A stretch of DNA of 64,000 nucleotides from a virus: IMG/VR virus record IMGVR_UViG_3300031371_000001, positions 1 through 64,000 of that record. One strand, 5' to 3'. Each line of letters opens with the position of its first letter. Within the stretch, counting starts at the first letter, position 1. A model generated the notes under the pieces. That model saw only the letters and a list, made by a program, of their open reading frames with translations. It ran no database searches and was not told the DNA's origin. Both the position numbers and the translations under genes were made by a program. Positions 7,643 through 16,044 of this stretch are shown in pieces.

Positions 7643-9283
7643 CTAATCGTCGGAAGGTTCGGAAGAATCACCGATGATAAGGCGATCAAGGTCTTCAACG
7701 ATCTTCTCCGAAATGCGCCCCATGTAATCCTTCATGAAGTCGTCTTCGGAAGCCAGCTTCGGATCGACTCCTTCAGGAATTTCGACCTTCACCTTGAAGG
7801 TTTTGGCGTCTTTCACTTCTTCGATCGCCGGAACCGTTCGCTTCCAAATGAAACCGTTTTCATCGAAGCGATAAGTTGCGAGGATCACACCGTCGATATC
7901 CTTGAAATCGATCGTGCGATCGCCGTGAAGCGAATCCGTTTCGCGCGTTGCCGAAACGACGTCAAATTTCTTCAGTTCATCCAGCGTAGCAGGTAGATCA
8001 TTGATTTGAATTTCAGCCGGGAAGATTGTAAGACCGTCTTTGAATTCGACTTTCGGCTTTGCTGAAGACGCCTTCTCGATCGTCGTCTCGATTTCTCGCT
8101 TGCCTGCTTCGTCGGACGGCTTCGAGAATTTCGCACGGAAGTCTTCGAGCGATTCGTCTTTCATCGGTTCGTCTTCAGAATCGTGCTTGCCCTTCTCGAA
8201 CAAATCGGGTGGGTCTGTTCCCTTCAATCCGGTGAAGACTCCGATCGTTTTCCCGTCAACAACGATCTCGAAGTCGGGTCTTGCGTGTTCGGGCAAATCG
8301 AACCCAAGCGGTTCGGGGGGCGCCGGCGGCTTCGCCGTCGCGACGAAATCTTCATATCGCCCCGCTTTTTCAAATGCGATGATCGATCTTCTGTATCCGC
8401 GGCCGTCCGACATCCGGATCTTGAAGATCAATCCGAACTCTGAAACTTCAATCCTCCACCGTCCGCTCGAATCAGTCCCTTCATTGATGATCGATAAGCC
8501 GCCCGAATCCATCCCGGCACGATTGAAGGCGCGCATGATTGCCGATCGCAGATCAAGATCCCAAAGCGCCTTCAACTCTTGTTCAAGCACGTCAGCAAGT
8601 TCCGGAGGTTTGGCGATGTCAACGACGGGCGCCGCCCTTTCCTTTATCGTTCGAGCATAGGAACGCATGGCCTGAAGTGCGCGTTCGTGAGTTACTGCGA
8701 ATCGCTTTGAGACTTCCTCCCGTTCGTAGTCAAGCTTGCGAACGTCGAAGCCTACGCTTTCGATCCGCTTGACGGCGGCGGACATCGCTTCGGCCTGAAG
8801 GATTCCGATATCTCCCCCGCCACTATCGATCTTCGCGACTCTGAAAGATGATGTCGGGTAGTGTCCTCCGACTTCGACAGCGAACAGCGTTGCAAGTCGC
8901 CTCTTGTTTTTCGCGTTGTCTATCCAGTCGATCCCGACGACTCCAACCCCGTGTTCGGATACGCGTCCTCCAATCGCCCCATAGCTGAAATCCCAACCCT
9001 CCCCGGGCGAAGCGCCGGCTTTCGTCATGATGTCATTGATCGGTTTGGCAAGCTTCATATAGAACGGGGATCCGACATCCTCCGTGCTCCCCCACGTAAC
9101 TAGCAACCCTGTCAACGATTGTCGCAATCCGATCACGAAGCCTCGTGTCCAATCCGGCAATGGTTCCGGATTCAAGTTCGGGAAACCCGACTTCTTTGGG
9201 GCCGGTCCACGGATAGCTCCCGGATCTTTTGAAAACGCCTCCCGGAATTCTTCGAGCGTGCCGCTTGTCTTCGTCATGCTCAC
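7643..9283 (-). CDS. large mosaic hypothetical protein with two copies of the LE[ED]FRxxF tag
   Basis: 546-aa ORF; LEEFREAF at the N-terminus and MKDESLEDFRAKF internally; GGAGG RBS. Confidence 0.8.
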   Translation of the reverse strand: MSMTKTSGTLEEFREAFSKDPGAIRGPAPKKSGFPNLNPEPLPDWTRGFVIGLRQSLTGLLVTWGSTEDVGSPFYMKLAKPINDIMTKAGASPGEGWDFSYGAIGGRVSEHGVGVVGIDWIDNAKNKRRLATLFAVEVGGHYPTSSFRVAKIDSGGGDIGILQAEAMSAAVKRIESVGFDVRKLDYEREEVSKRFAVTHERALQAMRSYARTIKERAAPVVDIAKPPELADVLEQELKALWDLDLRSAIMRAFNRAGMDSGGLSIINEGTDSSGRWRIEVSEFGLIFKIRMSDGRGYRRSIIAFEKAGRYEDFVATAKPPAPPEPLGFDLPEHARPDFEIVVDGKTIGVFTGLKGTDPPDLFEKGKHDSEDEPMKDESLEDFRAKFSKPSDEAGKREIETTIEKASSAKPKVEFKDGLTIFPAEIQINDLPATLDELKKFDVVSATRETDSLHGDRTIDFKDIDGVILATYRFDENGFIWKRTVPAIEEVKDAKTFKVKVEIPEGVDPKLASEDDFMKDYMGRISEKIVEDLDRLIIGDSSEPSDD

Positions 9284-9342
9284 CTCCAGGATTGCGAGAT
9301 CCAGGACGAAAACGCCACGCTTCGGCGCCCCGCCGTCACGCC

Positions 9343-9429
9343 CCCTAGAATGCGCGTGAATCGCCTCGAAGCACTATCCATGCGAGCATACCTCCGGGCG
9401 CCCTGAAAGCCTTCAGGGGCCGAATGCGG
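9343..9429 (+). repeat. 87-bp dispersed intergenic element, copy C
   Basis: ccctagaatgcgcgtgaatcg...cgccctgaaagccttcaggggccgaatgcgg; same length and ends as copy B. Confidence 0.7.
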
Positions 9430-9446
9430 CGCCGTGGCGTGGCACC

Positions 9447-9716
9447 TCAAACGATCGAGCGAATCCACCCCGCCTCCCCCGTCGAAACGTACCCTAAGCC
9501 GTAGGAGGTGAACACCCCGCGCCCCTCGATCCCGATCACGTCTCCATCCTGTTTCACCTTGTATCCAGCGAGCCTCCACTTGCCGAACCAGCGAAGGCGT
9601 GCGGCCTCCGTGAACTCCGAAGGGAACATCCAGGTTGGAGGGTCCTTGCGTTCCTCCCCGCCTTCCTTGCGAAAGACGTTCCGCAAGTCGTCCAAGTTGC
9701 CGCTTGTGCTGTTCAT
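9447..9716 (-). CDS. hypothetical protein, tag-bearing; paralogue of 9713..9988
   Basis: MNSTSGNLDDLRNVF...FPSEFTE.....W...WRLAGY; GGAGG RBS, ATGA overlap. Confidence 0.75.
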   Translation of the reverse strand: MNSTSGNLDDLRNVFRKEGGEERKDPPTWMFPSEFTEAARLRWFGKWRLAGYKVKQDGDVIGIEGRGVFTSYGLGYVSTGEAGWIRSIV

Positions 9717-9988
9717 AGCTTGCGCCTCCACTTCTTCGCCGGCCCGTTCAAGAAATAGATCGCGTCCTGGATCATGCGTCCGCTTGGACTCACACCATAG
9801 ACGACCGCCGAAAACTCGCTTGTCCTGTTCGCTTCGTATCCCTGCGAACGCCAAAGTTCGATCCATTCGTCAATCAAATCCTCCCTGATTTCCTCCGGGA
9901 AGAAAGTGTTTACGATTGGATCTGGTTTCTGTCCCTTCGCGATCCGAAATAACGCCCGGACTTCTTCTATCGTCGTCGTGTAGATCAT
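9713..9988 (-). CDS. hypothetical protein, tag-bearing
   Basis: MIYTTTIEEVRALF...FPEEIRE.....W...WRSQGY; ATGA overlap with the upstream gene. Confidence 0.75.
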   Translation of the reverse strand: MIYTTTIEEVRALFRIAKGQKPDPIVNTFFPEEIREDLIDEWIELWRSQGYEANRTSEFSAVVYGVSPSGRMIQDAIYFLNGPAKKWRRKL

Positions 9989-10509
9989 GGCGTGTCCCAA
10001 TGATAAAGCTTTCCGTCCTTGCCGCAGACAACACGCTTCGAGATCGCGTCCGCCCAATGGCCGCCCTTCCCCGCCTTCGATGCGTTCAGGATCACGACGT
10101 ATCGCCAGTCCCCATGCCGCGGCGAAGACGTGACGACGATCGCCGGCTTCCAACGACACGTCGATTGACGATCGAAGATCACGAGGCGATCCTCCTGTCC
10201 CTTCCTCGCATGATAGGCGACGGCATAGGCGCAAAGTGCCCGGTCGATCATCCGGTGCCTCGAAACGTGATCGGTCCCACGGAAGACATGGAAGCGAAAC
10301 TTCCTGAAGTTCGGCTGATTGTCCGCCGTCCAGTTGATCGCGTTCACCTGTTCTTGATCGTGGACGCACATTTCGGTTGCTTCCCTGTCGGGAAGAAGAA
10401 ACGTAGGACGGATCCAAGCCTCCCCGTCCGCAACCTTCGGCTTCGGCTTCTTCGGCTTGTCCTTGACCGGCGCGCGGAATTTCTCCCGCAAGTCATCGAT
10501 TCCTGTCAT
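9985..10509 (-). CDS. hypothetical protein, tag-bearing; first gene after P3
   Basis: MTGIDDLREKF; ACAACGGAGG leader. Confidence 0.8.
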   Translation of the reverse strand: MTGIDDLREKFRAPVKDKPKKPKPKVADGEAWIRPTFLLPDREATEMCVHDQEQVNAINWTADNQPNFRKFRFHVFRGTDHVSRHRMIDRALCAYAVAYHARKGQEDRLVIFDRQSTCRWKPAIVVTSSPRHGDWRYVVILNASKAGKGGHWADAISKRVVCGKDGKLYHWDTP

Positions 10510-10532
10510 GGTTCCTCCGTTGTCTATATGGG

Positions 10533-10561
10533 GTTATACCACGATGGGAATCGGTTGTCAA
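10533..10561 (-). promoter_or_regulatory. sigma70-type promoter P3 with operator
   Basis: TTGACA-N17-TATAAC; spacer CGAT-TCCC-ATCG (10542-10553) in the same register as P1/P2. Confidence 0.85.
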
Positions 10562-10563
10562 GC

Positions 10564-10923
10564 CTAATCTTCGGATGGTATCGCTTGCTTACTGTAAGGC
10601 GTAGGGCGGAAGATCCGCTTGTCGGACTCTCGATACGGTCCAACGACGTAAAGCTTCCATTCGTTTCCCTTGCGATTGAACAGGAGGCGCGCGTCCCCCG
10701 TGGCGTCCGACGCGACGATCATTCCTTGTCTTTCGTTCTCCGCAACGGCGGCAACCTTCACCTCGACGCCCCCTCCTTTCAGCCGCGCTTCAACGATCTT
10801 CGCAAGGTCCCGGAGCGAACCGACTTCGATCACCGTCGAGGGTTGCGCGACAGTGATCACCTTCGCGATCCGCTGTCCCAACGCCGCGCCGGCAACCTGG
10901 GGACACTTCTTCCCTTCCTTCAT
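10564..10923 (-). CDS. hypothetical protein
   Basis: AGGAGG RBS, ATGA overlap. Confidence 0.7.
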   Translation of the reverse strand: MKEGKKCPQVAGAALGQRIAKVITVAQPSTVIEVGSLRDLAKIVEARLKGGGVEVKVAAVAENERQGMIVASDATGDARLLFNRKGNEWKLYVVGPYRESDKRIFRPTPYSKQAIPSED

Positions 10924-11363
10924 GATCCCTCCTTTACGTCTTCAGGAACGGGAATCGAGAACGCGCCCGCCTCGCAATGCTCCTCGACGGAAACGATCTT
11001 CCAGTTCCCATATACACGAAGCCCCTGATCCTTCGGCAAAAGGTCTTCCGCCTTCGCGCCCTTGAAGACGCCCTTGATCACCTGTTGCGGATCGTCGGGT
11101 CGGACGACGACGACGGCCGGCATGGTTTGGGTTAGGTGATTCGCCTCCCCGCCGGAAGGAGGGATCGCCGTCACGTCCCGGGCAAGCGTCACCATGAAGA
11201 CCGGGAGATCCTCCCCCGGGGCTTCACCCTTCATGGCGGATTCGAATCCTAGTTCCTCGATATGAAGCGCCTCGACTTCCGCCCGAAGCTCCGGATCCGC
11301 CTTCGCGGTTTCCAACGCGATCAATGCGTCAGCCAAGATTGCGCTTTTGTTCCGTGTGGTCAT
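10920..11363 (-). CDS. hypothetical protein
   Basis: 147-aa ORF in operon context. Confidence 0.7.
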   Translation of the reverse strand: MTTRNKSAILADALIALETAKADPELRAEVEALHIEELGFESAMKGEAPGEDLPVFMVTLARDVTAIPPSGGEANHLTQTMPAVVVVRPDDPQQVIKGVFKGAKAEDLLPKDQGLRVYGNWKIVSVEEHCEAGAFSIPVPEDVKEGS

Positions 11364-11408
11364 TAGGTAATTACCATCCTACTTGGTTATATGGAATTGT
11401 GCTTCTAA

Positions 11409-11945
11409 CTATTCGTTGAAACCCAATTCGAGATCCCCGATCACGTCGAGTCCCCACGAATCCCAACCCTTCCGCGTGTCGCGTGCGAACAATTCGACTC
11501 GCGGCGTCAAGTGGGTCTTTTCGAGAATCGAATAGACGCGATCCGGTTTCTGCGAATGACGACGCGGCGCATCCTCGAAGTGATTTCGCATTGCGAAGTG
11601 GAATGCAGGCACCTTGCCACGGATCCCGAACAACAAGACTTCGACGTTGCCGCGGAACCAGTATCCCAAGCCAAGCCTTCCCGTCTTGATCCAGAAAAGC
11701 GCCGTCTTGTATTTGAATCCCCACGCCTCCATGACTCGAAAGCCTTCGTCAAGCAACGGCACCGTAACCCAAAGAAAGCAAGCCGAGTCACGAGCGGCGA
11801 TCGAGCGAACGTCAAGCTTGCAAAGTTCGTCCGTCGTCAACGTCGGATATTTGTCGGCTGAACCGGAGGACATCGAACCTCCTGTTTTCTTGCTGTTGTA
11901 AGTCCAGGGTGGATCAGCTAACAGAAGTCGATACGGTTCATCCAT
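11409..11945 (-). CDS. MT-A70 family adenine methyltransferase
   Basis: ADPPW, FLWVT, GFKYKT..W.K, HSQKP, ELFAR, GWDSWG motifs. Confidence 0.92.
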   Translation of the reverse strand: MDEPYRLLLADPPWTYNSKKTGGSMSSGSADKYPTLTTDELCKLDVRSIAARDSACFLWVTVPLLDEGFRVMEAWGFKYKTALFWIKTGRLGLGYWFRGNVEVLLFGIRGKVPAFHFAMRNHFEDAPRRHSQKPDRVYSILEKTHLTPRVELFARDTRKGWDSWGLDVIGDLELGFNE

Positions 11946-11953
11946 ACACTAGA

Positions 11954-12121
11954 CTATGGATTCCGCTTCGACCTCGTTTCGTTGATTCGAGGACGTTTCG
12001 GCAAGGTAGGGCCGCCGTTCAATCCAAGAGTCGCGAACCAGATATAAAGCGTTCCGAGGATCACGAACGCTCCGATCACCTTCAGCACGTCAACCGCGAT
12101 CTGCCCTGTTTCTGGCGTCAC
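11954..12121 (-). CDS. small membrane protein (55 aa, below the ORF-track cutoff)
   Basis: GTG overlapping the upstream stop; MTPETGQIAVDVLKVIGAFVILGTLYIWFATLG... Confidence 0.55.
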   Translation of the reverse strand: MTPETGQIAVDVLKVIGAFVILGTLYIWFATLGLNGGPTLPKRPRINETRSKRNP

Positions 12122-13254
12122 TTCTTCCCCCATGCTTCCCCTAGCGTGGTAGGGTCAAGGGGAAAATCCTCCCCTAGCCTGTCGATCCATTCCTGATTTT
12201 CTTCGATGCTAGGAACCTGCCCTTCGAGTTCGGGCCAAAGGTAGCATTTGCAATGCTTCGAGTCCCCCGGGTAGGGAAGGAGGTTCGCGGGTCGAACCGG
12301 GATGATCGGCTCCGTCCACGGGATACCGTTCGGGTACATAGGTGAAAAGATTTCAACGCCAGCCCTTCCGCGCGCGAAGCGGAAGAATACGCGCCCCGGA
12401 TTGCGTGCGAGCATCGAATAAACATCGTAAGTGTAGAATTTGCCCTTCCCCGTCTTGTCCGCCCAATGACCCCACTTCAAAACACGATCGTGCGGCTTTG
12501 AGTATTTCAACGTCCCGTCGTCGTTCGTCCGAAGCGCCCCGCTTCGCTGGATCAAGTAATCGACTTTATTGGAGCCGATCGCGCCGCAAGCGCCGGCAAG
12601 TAACCATTGCTGTTCAAGCGGCGCTTGCGTCACTTGCGGCCAGCGTTCCCGTAGCTTGATCAATCGAAGGTTCCTGAAGTATCCGGAGGCGTAGATGTTC
12701 GCTTCGGGTTGGCAAGCATTGACGTCCGCCTTCTGCGCGTGAAGATTATCGATCGATGCAAGGCCGCATTCTTGCGTTTTCGATTTCGTCTTTGAGAACG
12801 TGACACCTTCACTTTCAGTCCGGATCGTTCCCGCCATGAAAAGACCGGCTTTCCCACCTGTGTACTTTTCGATCCACGCCAAGAACTTCATATAGATTTT
12901 GAAGCTTTTATTCTGTTGAGTGAAATAGCACTTCGGCGGCTTGCCCCCTTTCTTATTCGGCAAACACCAGTGAAGGCCGGCGAAGATCCCGTCAGCTACA
13001 GAAGGACAGTATTGACCGGGCGGACAAATCTTCTTCCAAGGTTCTTCGTCGTCAGGAAGCGGAACGACCTCCCCGGCACCCGCCTTCTTCGTCGCTTCTT
13101 CATATTCCTTCCAAGCTTCTTCTTCGGCTTTCGGATCGTAGCTTGGATCGGATGGGTCAATCGAGTTGTCTTCGATCTTCGCAAGCGCCGATATCGAGAT
13201 CAGGAAAAGGACCACGAGTATAAAACAAGCCTTGTAGACGAAACCGTTTTTCAC
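12118..13254 (-). CDS. secreted lytic-transglycosylase (SLT/lysozyme-like) domain protein
   Basis: GTG 13254 with AAGGAGG RBS; signal peptide ...ILVVLFLISISALA; IRTESEG (catalytic E-S), GLASI, PEANIYASGYF; Cys-rich. Confidence 0.6.
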   Translation of the reverse strand: MKNGFVYKACFILVVLFLISISALAKIEDNSIDPSDPSYDPKAEEEAWKEYEEATKKAGAGEVVPLPDDEEPWKKICPPGQYCPSVADGIFAGLHWCLPNKKGGKPPKCYFTQQNKSFKIYMKFLAWIEKYTGGKAGLFMAGTIRTESEGVTFSKTKSKTQECGLASIDNLHAQKADVNACQPEANIYASGYFRNLRLIKLRERWPQVTQAPLEQQWLLAGACGAIGSNKVDYLIQRSGALRTNDDGTLKYSKPHDRVLKWGHWADKTGKGKFYTYDVYSMLARNPGRVFFRFARGRAGVEIFSPMYPNGIPWTEPIIPVRPANLLPYPGDSKHCKCYLWPELEGQVPSIEENQEWIDRLGEDFPLDPTTLGEAWGKK

Positions 13255-13292
13255 GCTTTCCTCCTTGTTGAATTGTTGAGATTGGATCGGGG

Positions 13293-13802
13293 CTATTTGT
13301 CGAACATGGATGCAACGACCTTTGCGGCCCTTGCCTGAACGACGGCCGCGATCTTCTTCTCGGAAAGCATCGCGTCCCGTTCCTTGTCCGTCAGCCCTTC
13401 GCCTCCGATCAAGGTGTCGATTTCCTTGATCCTGTCGTCGGCCGCCTTTTCGATCCATGCGAAATGAGAAGGAAGGAAAGAAGCCGACGTCTCGACGTAG
13501 CCTTCAACTTCCTTCGCCGTTGCGTCCGACTTGACTTCGACGCATTCGGGGCATTGCAGAAAGACGATCGGACGACGCGCGCCGTTTTCCAAATGGAAGA
13601 CGACGGAAACGCTGTCCCAAGATGTCGAATGACCAGCGGGACAAACGTAAGTCTTGCCCACGTCGCCAAGAGTCGCACGGGCCGAAAGCCTCTTGCGAAC
13701 ATCGGCCACGATCGAGGCTTGGTAACTTTCATCCCCGGGGGGAATCTTGCACAAGTCGAGGACCCTGTTGATCTCGCGTTCGATCACTTGTTCTTGCAGC
13801 AT
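13293..13802 (-). CDS. hypothetical protein with a zinc-ribbon motif
   Basis: CPAGH...CPEC; GAGGGG RBS. Confidence 0.7.
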   Translation of the reverse strand: MLQEQVIEREINRVLDLCKIPPGDESYQASIVADVRKRLSARATLGDVGKTYVCPAGHSTSWDSVSVVFHLENGARRPIVFLQCPECVEVKSDATAKEVEGYVETSASFLPSHFAWIEKAADDRIKEIDTLIGGEGLTDKERDAMLSEKKIAAVVQARAAKVVASMFDK

Positions 13803-13814
13803 GATCCAACCCCT

Positions 13815-14072
13815 CTATTGAAGCTTTGCGGACAAGTTCAAAGAAGCATCCTTGATCGCCTGTCGCGCTTCGTTCAGTTGCTTCAGACCTTCACGGAGAA
13901 CCTCCTCCGCGCCTTCCGGAAGTTCCTTGCGATCGAGTTCGGTGATCGCCTTCTCGATCTCGCCTTTCGAGAATCGGGCGTTCGTGATCGCCTTCGCGAG
14001 ATTGACGATCGCCCGATGCTTCGGCTTGCCTTCGGTTCGGCGTGCGAGTTCCGTTGCGTCGAATGCCGGCAT
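13815..14072 (-). CDS. small helical hypothetical protein
   Basis: AAGGAGG RBS. Confidence 0.75.
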   Translation of the reverse strand: MPAFDATELARRTEGKPKHRAIVNLAKAITNARFSKGEIEKAITELDRKELPEGAEEVLREGLKQLNEARQAIKDASLNLSAKLQ

Positions 14073-14126
14073 TTCTCGAACCTCCTTGCGGCTTATAATG
14101 CCCCCAAAGTCAACCCGTGTCCAGGT

Positions 14127-14537
14127 TCATTCATGGACATCGGAAAGTGACAGCACGAGACGAAGCGGTTTCTTCTTATCGATCCGCGTCTTGAAGAACT
14201 TTTCGATCCGTTCGTTCTCACGAACTGCAACGATGATCGAGACGCCGCCGCCCTGGATCGCGAAGCGTCCCTTCAACGCTTCGTAAACCTCGACCTTTTC
14301 GATCTCGATCATCTTGACGTCAAGACTTCCAGCGCCCGCCATGACGGAAAATCCGTCCGCAAGCTTCTTCAGATTCTCTCGCGTCCCTTGCGGAATGATC
14401 GAAACGCCCTTCTCACCTGATAGGATGATCGCGAAGGCTTCCTTTTCGTCGTCCTTGCCCGTCCAACCGGATCCCTTCTTCGCTCGATTCCAGAGTTCGG
14501 CAAACGGGATCCCCTTCGGCTTCTTACCATTGGGCAT
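14127..14537 (-). CDS. hypothetical protein
   Basis: Probable start MPNGKKPKG at 14537, overlapping the upstream gene end. Confidence 0.65.
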   Translation of the reverse strand: MPNGKKPKGIPFAELWNRAKKGSGWTGKDDEKEAFAIILSGEKGVSIIPQGTRENLKKLADGFSVMAGAGSLDVKMIEIEKVEVYEALKGRFAIQGGGVSIIVAVRENERIEKFFKTRIDKKKPLRLVLSLSDVHE

Positions 14538-15411
14538 CTTGGGGTTCCATCGAAAGGGAAGCTTCGAGGTTTTCGAGCGACACGCCGCGATCGTCAACGT
14601 AAACGTGCGCGAAAAGCTTTCGGCCTCCGAAGTCAACCCACGGGTTGCAGTTGACGAAATCGCAAGGGATCCCGTTCTCCCGGACGAAGGCAACAACGCG
14701 GTTCAAGTCACCTTCGGTTATGCTGGATCCGTTCGGTCGGATGAAACGATCCTCCCGGCAAGTGTGGAGGATAATGAAATGGTGCGGGTCTTCCCAAAGC
14801 CGCCGCATGATCTGGATCGTTGAATCGATCGGCCCCCCAACGTCCGGGAAACTGTTTTCAACGATCGTGCCGTCCACGTCGAAAGCGAAGAAGCGAAACA
14901 GCTTGTTATCGACTTCAACGATTTCGTCAATGCCTTCGAGCATTCGCGGCTTTTCGTACTTCGCCCGAAGCGTTTGGAACACGTTTGCCCACGTCGAAGC
15001 GAGAACGCCGCGCGGCTGTCGGATGCGACGATAGAGATCGGAATCATTCCCGGGGCCGAAGTCGTAACAGACGACTTTCACCTCCGGAGCCTTGCTATCG
15101 TGATATCGCCGCTTGTCTGAAATGAACTTCGCGATTTGGAGGAAGCGTGCGCGGGTCGCTTCGTCAAGGTTCGTGCGATCGACAATGACATCCCCTCCCC
15201 TCGTGAGGGTTCCGCCGATCACGTCCTCCTCCATTTGATGATAGACCTCCCGCATTTCCGGGACGTAAGCGCCGCCGTGCATCATGGACAAAAGATCGTC
15301 GTGACAAACACGGACGGCGCCGTTGACGACGAAGCGTTTCGAAAGAAGAGTCTTGCCGCTTCCGATGTTTCCAACCAGGAGGATCAACTTCGGTTCAGTC
15401 GTTACAGTCAC
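14524..15411 (-). CDS. polynucleotide kinase-like P-loop domain fused to a HAD phosphatase
   Basis: GNIGSGKT Walker A, VIVDRTN; C-terminal FDVDGT and YVDDR HAD motifs. Confidence 0.8.
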   Translation of the reverse strand: MTVTTEPKLILLVGNIGSGKTLLSKRFVVNGAVRVCHDDLLSMMHGGAYVPEMREVYHQMEEDVIGGTLTRGGDVIVDRTNLDEATRARFLQIAKFISDKRRYHDSKAPEVKVVCYDFGPGNDSDLYRRIRQPRGVLASTWANVFQTLRAKYEKPRMLEGIDEIVEVDNKLFRFFAFDVDGTIVENSFPDVGGPIDSTIQIMRRLWEDPHHFIILHTCREDRFIRPNGSSITEGDLNRVVAFVRENGIPCDFVNCNPWVDFGGRKLFAHVYVDDRGVSLENLEASLSMEPQDAQW

Positions 15412-15580
15412 GATCGGCCTCCAAGCACTCTAGACAAGTGCATTCATCGAAACACATTTTGAACCCGCAAAACGCGCGGATATTATCGTCGTCTTCCCAA
15501 TACCCGATCAGCTTGCCGCAATGACGACACGCGATAACGTCCGTTTCGTCAACGTCGTCAGGAAGTCGATCGTCGTTCAC
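15395..15580 (-). CDS. small Cys-rich hypothetical protein
   Basis: CRHC...CLEC; GTGA overlap. Confidence 0.55.
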   Translation of the reverse strand: MNDDRLPDDVDETDVIACRHCGKLIGYWEDDDNIRAFCGFKMCFDECTCLECLEADRDCND

Positions 15581-16044
15581 CGTTTGCGTGGGTCCTTGAT
15601 CTTGACGATTTGAGCGAAGGTGATTTCGTCTTCGTCGTCAAGGATGATCGAAACGGGAAGTGCCACTTCACGCCCGAAGACGTTGACGGCTCCACCGAAG
15701 CGGATCGAAGTCAGGACGCCCGTTCGGGTGATCCCTTCCTTTGTGTCAACCGCGATCTTCTTCCCGATAAGGGTCGAAAGATCGATGTCCCATGAGAATA
15801 CAACGTCTGTCGCCATTTGTTCCTCCACCGAATCCCATAGCCTTTGCAGTCGTTGATATATGGGATCGTCCTTCAGTTCAATGCCCTTCAGCTTGCAAAC
15901 AAGATTTCGATCGCGGATCATTTCAGCGAACGATTCGAGCATCAAAGAAACGTCGGGGATCTGCAAGTTACGCTTGACGGTCCCGGCGATTGCCGCCGCG
16001 CCGTCCGCCGCCTCGACTTCCTTTTCTTTCGGTTCGTCCGTCAT
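15577..16044 (-). CDS. hypothetical protein (Sm/SH3-like C-terminus possible)
   Basis: LIGKKIAVDTKEGITRTGVL pattern; ATGA overlap. Confidence 0.65.
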   Translation of the reverse strand: MTDEPKEKEVEAADGAAAIAGTVKRNLQIPDVSLMLESFAEMIRDRNLVCKLKGIELKDDPIYQRLQRLWDSVEEQMATDVVFSWDIDLSTLIGKKIAVDTKEGITRTGVLTSIRFGGAVNVFGREVALPVSIILDDEDEITFAQIVKIKDPRKR

